Shown here piece after piece: positions 30,637 to 40,710 of a DNA stretch of 64,000 nucleotides. Source of the DNA: Candidatus Marinacidobacterales bacterium (GTDB lineage Bacteria > Acidobacteriota > Vicinamibacteria > Marinacidobacterales > DATDRI01); contig OZ245365.1 of the NCBI GenBank assembly GCA_965226495.1, positions 4,736,001 to 4,800,000 of the forward strand. Direction: 5' to 3'. The stretch's first letter is position 1; every line of letters starts with the position of its first letter. A program made the position numbers and the translations under genes. The notes beneath the pieces were generated by a model. The model was not told where the DNA came from, did not search any database, and worked only from the letters and a program-made list of their open reading frames with translations.

Positions 30637-31355
30637 GCTTTGCGGTCGACACCATGCTTTCGGCCATGGCTCGTCTCATCCGCAATGGTGACGTGGTAAC
30701 GACCGGCGTCGCCTCCCTTCTCCCGATGCTCGCGGTAGGGTTGGCAAAAGAGACTCATGCTCCCGAGCTCACGTATTTGAACTGCGTCGGCGCGGTGAAC
30801 CCGGAGTGGACCGAGCTCCCCCACACGTCGGTCGAGCCGACGCTCCTCCCGGGTGCCGCGTTCATCCGACTCGACGAAATCTGGGAAATGGCCAACCAAG
30901 GAAGGGTCGACTTGATGTTCTTCGGTGCTTTTCAGATCGATGCCCGAGGCCGCACGAACCTCCACCGTCTTCGGTCGGGGCGCAAACTACCCGGCATAGC
31001 TGGCGCCTCCACGATGCGGAGGAAGGTCAAGTGGCCCGTCTTGTTTACGACGCGCCACGATCGCCGGACCTTCGTGGAAGGCGTCGACGCCGTAACGACT
31101 TCTGCTCGAGGCGACGAAACGACGCAGGTGGTGACGCCGCTCGGAATCTTGTCGCTGGGCGCGATGGAGTCCCGGATCGACTCCCTTCTGGCCGGTCGCA
31201 CTCTGCAGGAGATTCGGGACCGAACGGGCTTCCCGCTCACAACGCTCGAGACCCTCCAAACACTCGCCCCACCGAGTCGGGAAGAAGTCGAGGCTCTCGA
31301 CCGTCTGGACCCGGAAGGCAAGAGGCGAGTCTTCCTCAAAAACGACGGTGAATAG
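30633..31355 (+). CDS. aibB: CoA-transferase-fold beta subunit, AibB-like
   Basis: TGVAS, THAPELTYLNCVG (Cys where family I CoA-transferases have Glu), GRVD..FFGA...D..GRTN, PG.AGA. Confidence 0.7.
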   Translation: MSFAVDTMLSAMARLIRNGDVVTTGVASLLPMLAVGLAKETHAPELTYLNCVGAVNPEWTELPHTSVEPTLLPGAAFIRLDEIWEMANQGRVDLMFFGAFQIDARGRTNLHRLRSGRKLPGIAGASTMRRKVKWPVLFTTRHDRRTFVEGVDAVTTSARGDETTQVVTPLGILSLGAMESRIDSLLAGRTLQEIRDRTGFPLTTLETLQTLAPPSREEVEALDRLDPEGKRRVFLKNDGE

Positions 31356-31404
31356 CCTCTCTCGGAGAGGCTCCCCGCACTTCGGGATATAATCCCTCTC
31401 TACG

Positions 31405-33480
31405 ATGAGATACGGTCTCGGCATTTTGCTCAGCGCTTCGCTGGCTGGTGGTTGCGCGTCGCTCGACTACACCGAACTCCGCCCCGACCAGAAGTTCGCT
31501 CGCCTGATGATGCTCGAAGACGAGCGGTCCCTGGGCGCCGGGGAGGTCGTCACCCGACTGAGCGACCCGAGCCATCGGATTAGGCTTCGCGCCGCTCTCG
31601 CCCTCGGCCGGATCGGCTACACGGCGGGAGAACCGCATTTGGTCGCCACGCTGTCGGACTCCGATCCGGACATGCGAGCAGTAGCGGCTTTCTCCTTGGG
31701 ACTTCTCGAAGGACCTCTTTCCGACGAGGCCTTGGCGGCCCTCGAAAATGCCTTGTCCGACGTCGATGCAGAGGTCCGAGGCCGGGCGGCAGAAGCCCTC
31801 GGTCGAAAAGGAACCGACCCGGTAGCCTTTCAGATCGGTGCCGGGCTTCGAGCCCGTCTGCCTCGCGGAACGCCCCCCCGGGAATGGGGTGAGGACATAG
31901 AGCGTTCCCAACCGAAGATGCCTCATCCGGATCTCCGGCTCGGTCTATTTGCACTCGCGCGGAAGAACAATCTCCGATCGGCGTGGAGCATTTTGGCCAC
32001 CGAGCAAAGTCAGCCTCGCTTCATTTGGTGGCCTGCGGCTTGGTCTAGCGCGCAGTTCAAAGCCGAAGAGCTCGCACCGCTTCTACTTCACTATGCGGGC
32101 TCGAGCGACCCCTACTTACGAGCGCTGGGAGCGAGAGGGCTGGCGCGTCTTCCGCGCGAGCAATCCGCGCAAGCCATCGTCCAACTGCTCACCGACCCCG
32201 ACGAGAAAGTCAGGGTCGAGGCGGTGCGCGCCGCCGGGACGTTGGGTCTCAGCACTTCCGTCCCCCGCCTGCTTCAGCTCGTGGCAGAGGACACCCCTTA
32301 TGTGAAAGTGGAAGCGATCCGTGCGTTGGCAACCTTGCCGGATCCACGAGCGGTCGACCCGCTCATCTACCAAATGTCGGACCCCAATCCGTGGATCCGT
32401 TCCGCCGCGCTCCGGGCGGTCGCCTTTCAGGACCGAGCGAGCTTCTGGCTCCTCCTGTCAGGGATGGATCCAGACGGTGACTGGAGCGTGCGGGTCACCT
32501 TGGCCAGCCTACTCGGTCAAATCAGGGGAGACCGAGCTACCGCTCTGCTCAAAGAGATGGTTGACGATCGAGACTTCCGCGTGCGTCCGGCTGCGATCGA
32601 CGGGCTCGTTCAAGCGTCTCCGTCCGAGGCAAGGCCGATCGTCTTGGAGCATCTCAAGAGCGAGGACCCGTTTGAGCGAGCCGCCGCTGCACGCGGCCTC
32701 GGCGAGCTCAAACCCGAAGGGGGTGTCGCTCGGCTCCTTTCCGCGCTCGAATCCTCGCTCCGGGAGGACGTCTCCGATCCGGGGCTCGCGATCCTGAGCG
32801 CCCTCGAACGCTATGGGACCGAGGCACTCAAGCCAGGGGCGCAGTTAGCCCTTCAAGATCGCTCCTGGCTCGTTCGCAAACGCGCCGCCGAAGTATTGAG
32901 GGACCTCGGAGAGGAAACCGCCCGCGCCGAGACTTTGGAGACTGATCGAAACCTCTATGACTATATGGACCTTCTCAATCCGCCCTACACACCCCACGCG
33001 TTCATCCGCACCGAAAAAGGAATCATCGAGGTCGAGCTCTTCATCATCGATGCACCGGTAACGGTTGCCAACTTCATGAAGCTGGCCCGTGAGGGGTTCT
33101 ACAACGGCCTGAGCATCGACCGAGTCGTCCCAAATTTCCTCATCGAGGGGGGCGATCCAAGAGGCGACGGACACGGCGGCCCGGGTTATACCGTGCGTTC
33201 CGAGGTCAACCGTCGGCCTTTCCTTCGAGGAACGCTGGGCATGACGCTCCCAGGTGGCAAAGACACAGCGGCTAGCCAGTTCTTCATCACTCACCTCCCA
33301 CAACCTCAGCTGGCGGGGACCTACACTCCCTTTGGACAGGTCATCAAAGGGATGGACCTAGTGGACCGATTGGTGCGCGGCGACGTCATTCAGAAGGTGA
33401 TCATCTGGGACGGAGTCACGGCCCCTTCCGGCCCGACTACTAGCGCCGGTCAGCCCCCGTCGAATAATTCCATCTTCTAG
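31405..33480 (+). CDS. lipoprotein with HEAT repeats + C-terminal cyclophilin-type PPIase
   Basis: Lipobox LAGGC; many VR..AA.ALG repeats; AP.TV.NF..LA..GFY, RVVPNF...GGDP.GDG.GGPG, SQFFITH. Confidence 0.9.
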   Translation: MRYGLGILLSASLAGGCASLDYTELRPDQKFARLMMLEDERSLGAGEVVTRLSDPSHRIRLRAALALGRIGYTAGEPHLVATLSDSDPDMRAVAAFSLGLLEGPLSDEALAALENALSDVDAEVRGRAAEALGRKGTDPVAFQIGAGLRARLPRGTPPREWGEDIERSQPKMPHPDLRLGLFALARKNNLRSAWSILATEQSQPRFIWWPAAWSSAQFKAEELAPLLLHYAGSSDPYLRALGARGLARLPREQSAQAIVQLLTDPDEKVRVEAVRAAGTLGLSTSVPRLLQLVAEDTPYVKVEAIRALATLPDPRAVDPLIYQMSDPNPWIRSAALRAVAFQDRASFWLLLSGMDPDGDWSVRVTLASLLGQIRGDRATALLKEMVDDRDFRVRPAAIDGLVQASPSEARPIVLEHLKSEDPFERAAAARGLGELKPEGGVARLLSALESSLREDVSDPGLAILSALERYGTEALKPGAQLALQDRSWLVRKRAAEVLRDLGEETARAETLETDRNLYDYMDLLNPPYTPHAFIRTEKGIIEVELFIIDAPVTVANFMKLAREGFYNGLSIDRVVPNFLIEGGDPRGDGHGGPGYTVRSEVNRRPFLRGTLGMTLPGGKDTAASQFFITHLPQPQLAGTYTPFGQVIKGMDLVDRLVRGDVIQKVIIWDGVTAPSGPTTSAGQPPSNNSIF

Positions 33481-33488
33481 ACTCGTTC

Positions 33489-34322
33489 ATGCCCCGCTTC
33501 CGCCTCTTGGCGATTGATCTGGACGGAACTCTCCTCAACTCGCAACGAACGGTGCCGGAAGCAAATCGGCGCGCGCTGGAACGAGCGCAGCGACAGGGAG
33601 TGAAGCTCGCGGTGGTGACGGGGCGGCGACTTCCCGCCACCCGACCTTCTCTGGGCGGGCTGAGCCTAGAGATGACGATGGTTCTGAACGGAGGCGCGTT
33701 GATCAGCGAAAGCCTCGACGGGCCGATCGTGAAACGAAACCTGATGCCCCTCGCACTGGGCAAAGAGGTTCTCGGTTTGGCACACCGGGTCGGAGTCGCT
33801 CCCGTCGTCCACGATGGCCCTAACGGAGAAGGCCGCCTGCTGATCCAATCAGGGACTCCTGTGAGTCGCCCGCTCGAGCTCTACCTGGACAAGACGACGC
33901 CTCCCCCCGAATGGGTTCCAGACCTCGCCGCGGCCCTCTCGCGCGATCCTGTCCAAATCATGTTTGCCGGCACCGTCCAGGAGATTCGCGCCGCAGCCAG
34001 CAAGCTCGAGGATGCACTCGGCGCCCGGGTCAGTGTCGCTCGAACGGAGTACGAGATTCCCGATTTTGCTCTGCTGGACATTCTCGCACCGGGTGCTGAC
34101 AAAGCCGAGGCCCTGCGTTTCCTATCGGCAGCGGAAGGTGTGCCGTTCGCCGAGATCATGGCGATTGGAGACAACTGGAATGATCTGGGAATGCTGGAGG
34201 CGGCAGGATTCGCGGTCGTGATGGCCAACGCCGCTCCCGAGCTCCGTGCGCGTGGTTTCGTGGTAACGGGAAGCAACGACGAGGGCGGTGTAGCACAGGC
34301 GATCGATCGATATATTTTGTAG
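33489..34322 (+). CDS. Cof-type HAD-IIB hydrolase
   Basis: DLDGTLLN, VTGR, NGG, DKAEAL, AIGD.WND..ML, MANA. Confidence 0.93.
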   Translation: MPRFRLLAIDLDGTLLNSQRTVPEANRRALERAQRQGVKLAVVTGRRLPATRPSLGGLSLEMTMVLNGGALISESLDGPIVKRNLMPLALGKEVLGLAHRVGVAPVVHDGPNGEGRLLIQSGTPVSRPLELYLDKTTPPPEWVPDLAAALSRDPVQIMFAGTVQEIRAAASKLEDALGARVSVARTEYEIPDFALLDILAPGADKAEALRFLSAAEGVPFAEIMAIGDNWNDLGMLEAAGFAVVMANAAPELRARGFVVTGSNDEGGVAQAIDRYIL

Positions 34323-34343
34323 CTAGCTAGAACCGCCGAGCAC

Positions 34344-34373
34344 AAAAAAAAGGGGGTGAGTTCATCACCCCCC
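34344..34373 (-). terminator. Rho-independent terminator of the Lys-rich micropeptide gene
   Basis: Minus strand GGGGGTGA-tgaac-TCACCCCC followed by T8. Confidence 0.9.
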
Positions 34374-34399
34374 GCTCTCGGTACCCCTGAGAGAGTCAG

Positions 34400-34462
34400 T
34401 TACTTCTTTTTCTTGCTCGCCTTTTTCTTGGCTGTCTTGGCTTTCTTTCTGCGCTTTGCCAT
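34400..34462 (-). CDS. 20-aa Lys/Arg-rich micropeptide MAKRRKKAKTAKKKASKKKK
   Basis: AGAGGAGG 8 nt upstream of ATG; own promoter and terminator; 13 of 20 residues K/R. Confidence 0.8.
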   Translation of the reverse strand: MAKRRKKAKTAKKKASKKKK

Positions 34463-34658
34463 AATTGTCGCCTCCTCTCTATTTAGGGGTTAGGCATTGG
34501 TCGCGACGTACGGCGCGAGCTGAAAAGTGAGCTTTCTTTTCGAAAACTATCATCATTTCAACTTTTGCCATGCGTCTCATGCCTGCCAGCTCCTGGACTC
34601 AAACAAACTGCACGTCGACCCTCCCCAAGACCCCTCATGGACCTCGAGGAAGTCCGAA

Positions 34659-34729
34659 CAACTAGCAGTTGATTGAGCCTGAGCTTGACATACTATATGT
34701 AGGATAAGGAAGCTCCCGGAACCTGTCAA
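34659..34729 (-). promoter_or_regulatory. sigma70 promoter with two NrdR-box-like operators
   Basis: TTGACA (34729-34724), N17, TATCCT (34706-34701); cores CTATATGTAG (34693) and CTAGCAGTTG (34662) are 31 bp apart. Confidence 0.65.
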
Positions 34730-34876
34730 GCATTTTTTGCACCCCGAGAGAATTGCGTCTTTGGATTGAGAGTCTTAGCCGAATGGCGTTTTACGAAACG
34801 AGAAAAAAGCAGTAAAATAGAGGGTTGGGCGAGTCGGATTATTTTTTGGGGATAGAAAAGAGAAAGTCGAGTCCGA

Positions 34877-36019
34877 TTATTCTTCGGTTTCACTGGCAGA
34901 ATATTTCGTTTCTAGCTTCGTTTTTTGTGAAGCTCGTTCTAATGCGAGCGCGATCAAACGATCGACTAACTCGGAAAACGAAAGACCGCTCGCTTCCCAA
35001 AGTTTCGGATACATGCTGATCGAAGTAAAGCCAGGAATGGTGTTGACTTCGTTCACGAAGAGCTCCCCCGTCGACCGTGAAAGGAAAAGATCGGCGCGAG
35101 CCATGCCCGCGGCGTCTACGGCAGTGAACGCGTCGATCGCCAATTGCTGAGCGCGAGACGTCGTCTCTTCATCCAAGGGCGCGGGGATCAGAAGTTCCGA
35201 GTCGTCGTCAATGTATTTTGCTCGGTAGTCATAGAACTCTCGCGAAGGAACTATCTCACCAGGCAGAGAAGCTCGCGGCTCGTCGTTGCCGAGCACGCTG
35301 ACTTCTATCTCCCTCGCGTCAATCCCCTGCTCGACGATCGCTTTACGATCGTAGCGGAAGGCTTCCCGCAGAGCAGGCGTGAGCTCGGCAAACGTCTTGA
35401 CCTTGCTCACACCGACACTCGAGCCGAGGTTGGCCGGTTTGACGAAGAGCGGATAGGAAAGGGCTTTTTCGATGACCGCGAGTACCTGTTTCGCGGCTCG
35501 ATCCCATACGTGACTGGAGACAACTTCATACGCAAGAACCGGCAGGCCGCAGTCGCGGAAGACGGATTTCATGAGCGCCTTATCCATGGCGACCGCCGAC
35601 GCCGCCACGCCAGCTCCGACGTAGGCGATTCCGGTTAGCTCGAGAAACCCTTGCACGGTACCGTCTTCGCCATAGGTTCCGTGGAGCACAGGAAACACCA
35701 CGTCCAACTGTCCCGGTCCCGCTTGAGGTCGCCAACTCGCTTGCGGTTTCTCTTGAACAAGAAGCTCCGAAGAAGTGGGGTCGGCCAGCAGCCCGATTGG
35801 CTTGGCTTCTTCACCGGCGACCCCTTCGAGGAACGGGTGCTCCCTTGCCGCGGGAAGCCGCCAACCTCCGTCTCGCCCGATCTTGAGCGGGATCACTTCG
35901 TACTTCTCACGATCGAGGGCTGCCACTATCGCCGCCGCTGAACGCAGCGAGACTTCGTGCTCCGCGGAACGGCCTCCGAAGAGCACTCCGACCTTCAGAC
36001 GCTTGGCCATTGGGATCAT
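34877..36019 (-). CDS. ddl: D-alanine--D-alanine ligase
   Basis: GGRSAEHEVS, LHG.YGEDG.VQG, MDK, FVKPANLGSSVG, FYDY.AKY, NEVNTIPGFT..SMYP. Confidence 0.98.
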   Translation of the reverse strand: MIPMAKRLKVGVLFGGRSAEHEVSLRSAAAIVAALDREKYEVIPLKIGRDGGWRLPAAREHPFLEGVAGEEAKPIGLLADPTSSELLVQEKPQASWRPQAGPGQLDVVFPVLHGTYGEDGTVQGFLELTGIAYVGAGVAASAVAMDKALMKSVFRDCGLPVLAYEVVSSHVWDRAAKQVLAVIEKALSYPLFVKPANLGSSVGVSKVKTFAELTPALREAFRYDRKAIVEQGIDAREIEVSVLGNDEPRASLPGEIVPSREFYDYRAKYIDDDSELLIPAPLDEETTSRAQQLAIDAFTAVDAAGMARADLFLSRSTGELFVNEVNTIPGFTSISMYPKLWEASGLSFSELVDRLIALALERASQKTKLETKYSASETEE

Positions 36020-36099
36020 CTCGATTCTAGCATCTCTTCCATTTCAGGCGGCCCGGTTCGTTCGGGTTCTAAGCCGCCCCCCTTTCCGGAAAGTCCTGA

Positions 36100-37233
<1,134 letters not shown>

Positions 37234-37265
37234 TGCGATCGTGGAGCTTGAACTATGATTAAAAA

Positions 37266-37589
37266 ATGTTTCCTATACTGATGGCCGCTGCGGGTGGTGA
37301 AGGACCCGGATTCGCCGATCAGCTCATGCTGATCCTCATCATCTTTAGCATCTTCTACTTCATCGTCTTCCGACCGATGCGCAAGGGGCAAAGGGACACC
37401 GAGGAAATGCGATCGGGTTTGAAGAACGGCGATCGCATCGTGACCAACGGCGGAATCTACGGGACGGTAGTCGGTGTCTCGGAAGACATCGTTCAGGTTA
37501 GAATCGCCGACCAGGTAAAGATTCAACTCGCCAAGTCTGCCGTGGCGCGCCGCGTCGAAGAATCGGCAGGCAAGGGATCCGGCGCGTAA
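37266..37589 (+). CDS. yajC: preprotein translocase subunit YajC
   Basis: FYF...RP, LKNGD..VT.GGI.G; tgt-yajC-secD synteny. Confidence 0.95.
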   Translation: MFPILMAAAGGEGPGFADQLMLILIIFSIFYFIVFRPMRKGQRDTEEMRSGLKNGDRIVTNGGIYGTVVGVSEDIVQVRIADQVKIQLAKSAVARRVEESAGKGSGA

Positions 37590-37616
37590 ACAGGATCCAC
37601 GGAGAATTAGCACCCC

Positions 37617-39167
37617 ATGAAAAAAAACTTGAAGTGGAAGGCCGCCCTCATCGCCTTGGTGGTGGTCGTCTTCGGTTTATCGATGAACCCGCCCGAGGAA
37701 AAAATAAAGCTCGGCCTCGATCTTCGAGGGGGCATCCATCTCATCATGAAGGTCAACACCGTGGACGCATTGGTGGCAGTGACCGATGAGACGGTGGACG
37801 CGCTCGGCACTTTGCTCGACGCCGAGAGCATCTCCTTCGACAACGTCGAGTCCGACGAGCCAGGGAGCGTTCGCGTCGTCGGACTCGACGTCAACAAGGA
37901 TCAAGAGTTTCGGACTTTGGTCGAAACGAATCATCCGAGCTGGGATCCCACGCGACCCGAGCCAGGGGTGTGGGAACTCCGCATGCGGCCCGCCGATCTC
38001 AATCGCGTCCGAGAGGAAACGGTCACGCAAGCCATCGAGACCATTCGACGGAGAGTGGATGGGCTGGGGGTGGCAGAACCGGTCATCGCACCGCATGGGG
38101 ATCGAGGGGACCAGATCTTGGTTCAACTGCCCGGTTACGGCAACGTGGCCAACGCCAAGGAGGTCATTCGCTCCACGGCAAAGCTGGACCTCAAGCTCGT
38201 TCAGTCGGCGGCGGCGACAAAAGAGCAATTACTTCAGGGACGCGAGCAGGCGCCCGCAGGCATGGAGGTTCTTCCCGGAAAGGCCGAGACCGGTGCCACC
38301 GACGAAGTCTGGTACATGGTTGAAAAGGTGCCCATGATTACCGGTCGCGACCTGAAGAACGCTCGGCAGTCGATCGACTACGAGACCAACACACCGAATG
38401 TGTCCTTCTTACTGAAGCCAGAGGGCGCAAACAAGTTCCGTCGTGCAACGCAAGAGAACATCGGTCGACAGCTGGCGATCATCCTCGACGACAGAGTCTT
38501 CTCGGCGCCGGTCATCCAATCGTCGATCTACGATGAGGGGCAAATCACGGGCCAATTCACGCTGGAAGAGGCTCAGAATCTGGCGCTCACTTTGAGGTCG
38601 GGCGCCCTACCTGCTTCCCTCGAGTATCAGGAAGAGCGCACGGTCGGACCCAGTTTGGGCGCCGATTCCATTCGCACCGGCGTCATGGCTTCCGCGGTCG
38701 GCCTCGCGGGCGTCGTACTCTTCATCCTTTTCTACTATCGGCTCTCTGGCATCAACGCGGTCGTGGCACTGCTGCTGAACCTGCTCATGCTGTTGGGTGC
38801 CATGGCCTACTTCGGGGCAACGCTGACGCTGCCCGGCATCGCGGGGGTCATTTTGACTATCGGCATCGGCGTCGACTCCAACGTGCTCATCTTCGAGCGT
38901 ATCAAGGAAGAAATGCGGGGTGGAAAGACACCTCGGACTGCGATTTCGGCTGGGTTCAGCAAGGTCTTCTGGACGATCTTCGACACGCACCTTACTAGTT
39001 TGGTGGCTGCTGCCATCCTCTTCCAGTTCGGGACCGGTCCGGTGCAAGGCTTTGCCGTCACCCTCAGCATCGGTTTGATGGCCAACGTTTTCACCGCCAT
39101 CTTCGTCTCGCGCTTCATTTTCGACCTCGTCCTTGGACGTCGACAGGTCGAAGCGCTGTCCATTTAA
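37617..39167 (+). CDS. secD: protein translocase subunit SecD
   Basis: LGLDLRGG, LGVAEP, LRSGALP, VGPSLG, LTLPGIAG, VD.NVLIFERI.EE. Confidence 0.98.
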   Translation: MKKNLKWKAALIALVVVVFGLSMNPPEEKIKLGLDLRGGIHLIMKVNTVDALVAVTDETVDALGTLLDAESISFDNVESDEPGSVRVVGLDVNKDQEFRTLVETNHPSWDPTRPEPGVWELRMRPADLNRVREETVTQAIETIRRRVDGLGVAEPVIAPHGDRGDQILVQLPGYGNVANAKEVIRSTAKLDLKLVQSAAATKEQLLQGREQAPAGMEVLPGKAETGATDEVWYMVEKVPMITGRDLKNARQSIDYETNTPNVSFLLKPEGANKFRRATQENIGRQLAIILDDRVFSAPVIQSSIYDEGQITGQFTLEEAQNLALTLRSGALPASLEYQEERTVGPSLGADSIRTGVMASAVGLAGVVLFILFYYRLSGINAVVALLLNLLMLLGAMAYFGATLTLPGIAGVILTIGIGVDSNVLIFERIKEEMRGGKTPRTAISAGFSKVFWTIFDTHLTSLVAAAILFQFGTGPVQGFAVTLSIGLMANVFTAIFVSRFIFDLVLGRRQVEALSI

Positions 39168-39179
39168 GCAGGAAGGTCC

Positions 39180-40133
39180 ATGGATATTCTCCGCGACACC
39201 AACATCAATTGGTTGAAGTACCGCTGGTACTTCCTCTCCTTTTCGCTCGTCGTGTTTCTGGTGGGAGCCTTCAACGTCTATCGCGAAGGCGGCCTGCGAT
39301 TCGGCATCGATTTCTCGGAAGGCACCATCGTCTACGCGAAGTTCGAGAACACACCACAAGTCGACTCCATCCGTCAGGCGCTCGGCGGCTCCGGCTTGGG
39401 CGAGGCCGTCATCCAGCGCTACGACCAACCCAGCATGAATCAGGTCATGATTCGCGTGGAGCGTGAAGCCCAGCAAACCGGTGAGCTCGATACCACCGCA
39501 AATCAGATCCTGACTACCCTCAGGGAGCAGTACCCGGAAAACACGCTCATCGACTCCAGCACCGAGATCGTGGGCCCGGTGGTGGGGCAAGAGCTTCGTC
39601 GCAAGGCGACCAACGCGACTCTACTCGCGCTGATAGCCATGCTGGTTTACATCGGATTCCGTTTCGAGTTCATCTATGGGGTCGGTGCAACCATCGCCGT
39701 CCTGCATGACGTGTTACTCACCGTGGGACTGGTCTCGATCTTCGGGTACGAAATAAGCTTGAACGTGATCGCGGCCTTCCTAACGTTGGTGGGTTATTCG
39801 GTTAACGACACGATCGTCATATTCGATCGGGTGCGGGAGAATCGGCGGCTCCTGCGACGCAAACCGCTCGACGAGATCATCAATCTCTCTATTAACCAGA
39901 CCCTCCGAAGAACCGTCCTCACCTCGGGAATTACGTTCATCACCGTGGCCTGCTTGTATGTACTCGGCGGCGAGGTATTGCGCTCGTTCGCTTTCGTGCT
40001 GGTCTCGGGCATCATCGTGGGAACGTATTCCTCGATAGCCATCGCCTCGCCGATCGTGAGTTGGTGGCGGAAGTTCCGGGAGAAGCGTGCTTCCAGAAAG
40101 GCGAAGGCGTCGGCCAGAGCCGCCCGCGCCTAG
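39180..40133 (+). CDS. secF: protein translocase subunit SecF
   Basis: GIDF..G, VGP.VG.EL, HDV, GYSVNDTIVIFDR.REN, GTYSS. Confidence 0.98.
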   Translation: MDILRDTNINWLKYRWYFLSFSLVVFLVGAFNVYREGGLRFGIDFSEGTIVYAKFENTPQVDSIRQALGGSGLGEAVIQRYDQPSMNQVMIRVEREAQQTGELDTTANQILTTLREQYPENTLIDSSTEIVGPVVGQELRRKATNATLLALIAMLVYIGFRFEFIYGVGATIAVLHDVLLTVGLVSIFGYEISLNVIAAFLTLVGYSVNDTIVIFDRVRENRRLLRRKPLDEIINLSINQTLRRTVLTSGITFITVACLYVLGGEVLRSFAFVLVSGIIVGTYSSIAIASPIVSWWRKFREKRASRKAKASARAARA

Positions 40134-40309
40134 CCGGGAGGTATCGTCACCTCCGTCGTCGCCGGTTCCGCGACTCTCCCCGACTCATTGATTATCTTTC
40201 TGGCGGTTTATTTATAATTTCACATTGAAGCTATTGGATTGCCAAATACATAATTTTTGACATACAATCCCCCGGCGCGAAGTGGGGGTATCGGACTGAG
40301 CCAAAAGGC

Positions 40310-40338
40310 TTGACAGCGCCACCGGTCGAAGCTAGCAT
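40310..40338 (+). promoter_or_regulatory. sigma70 promoter for the tonB-exbB-exbD-exbD operon
   Basis: TTGACA-N17-TAGCAT, implying a leader of about 365 nt. Confidence 0.6.
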
Positions 40339-40710
40339 TAGCGGCTCACAGGGCTAGGTGGTTTCCCAAACCACGCCCAAGATATTGACCCGAGGCTTTA
40401 ATCATTGTAAGCATAGGCAGTCCGGCGCCTTTCCGGAACGGTCCCCATCCCGTCCGAGGCATTGAGAGATGATCGATCCTGTTTTGCCCGTCTTGCCCGC
40501 CAGGGGAGCACAGGTTGTCCGGTCGATACCATCCGTCGTACCCTCCCAAGCCTCGCGGGAACCATTTGCCCTCAATCGGTGTCTAATGGGGTGCCCCGGC
40601 TTTACCAAGCCCTTGGTCTGGAGCGAAACAGGCAGGCTTGGATTTCTGAGGGGAGGCCGGAATTGATCATTGCCGGCCCCTCGAGACTCGAGAAAGGAGC
40701 ATAGAAGCCC

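Noticed and set aside
40340-40710. Cobalamin riboswitch or SRP RNA upstream of tonB
   Set aside because: ccggaacggtccc and ccgccagg...agca are only fragments; there is no B12 box and no SRP GNRA-capped domain IV
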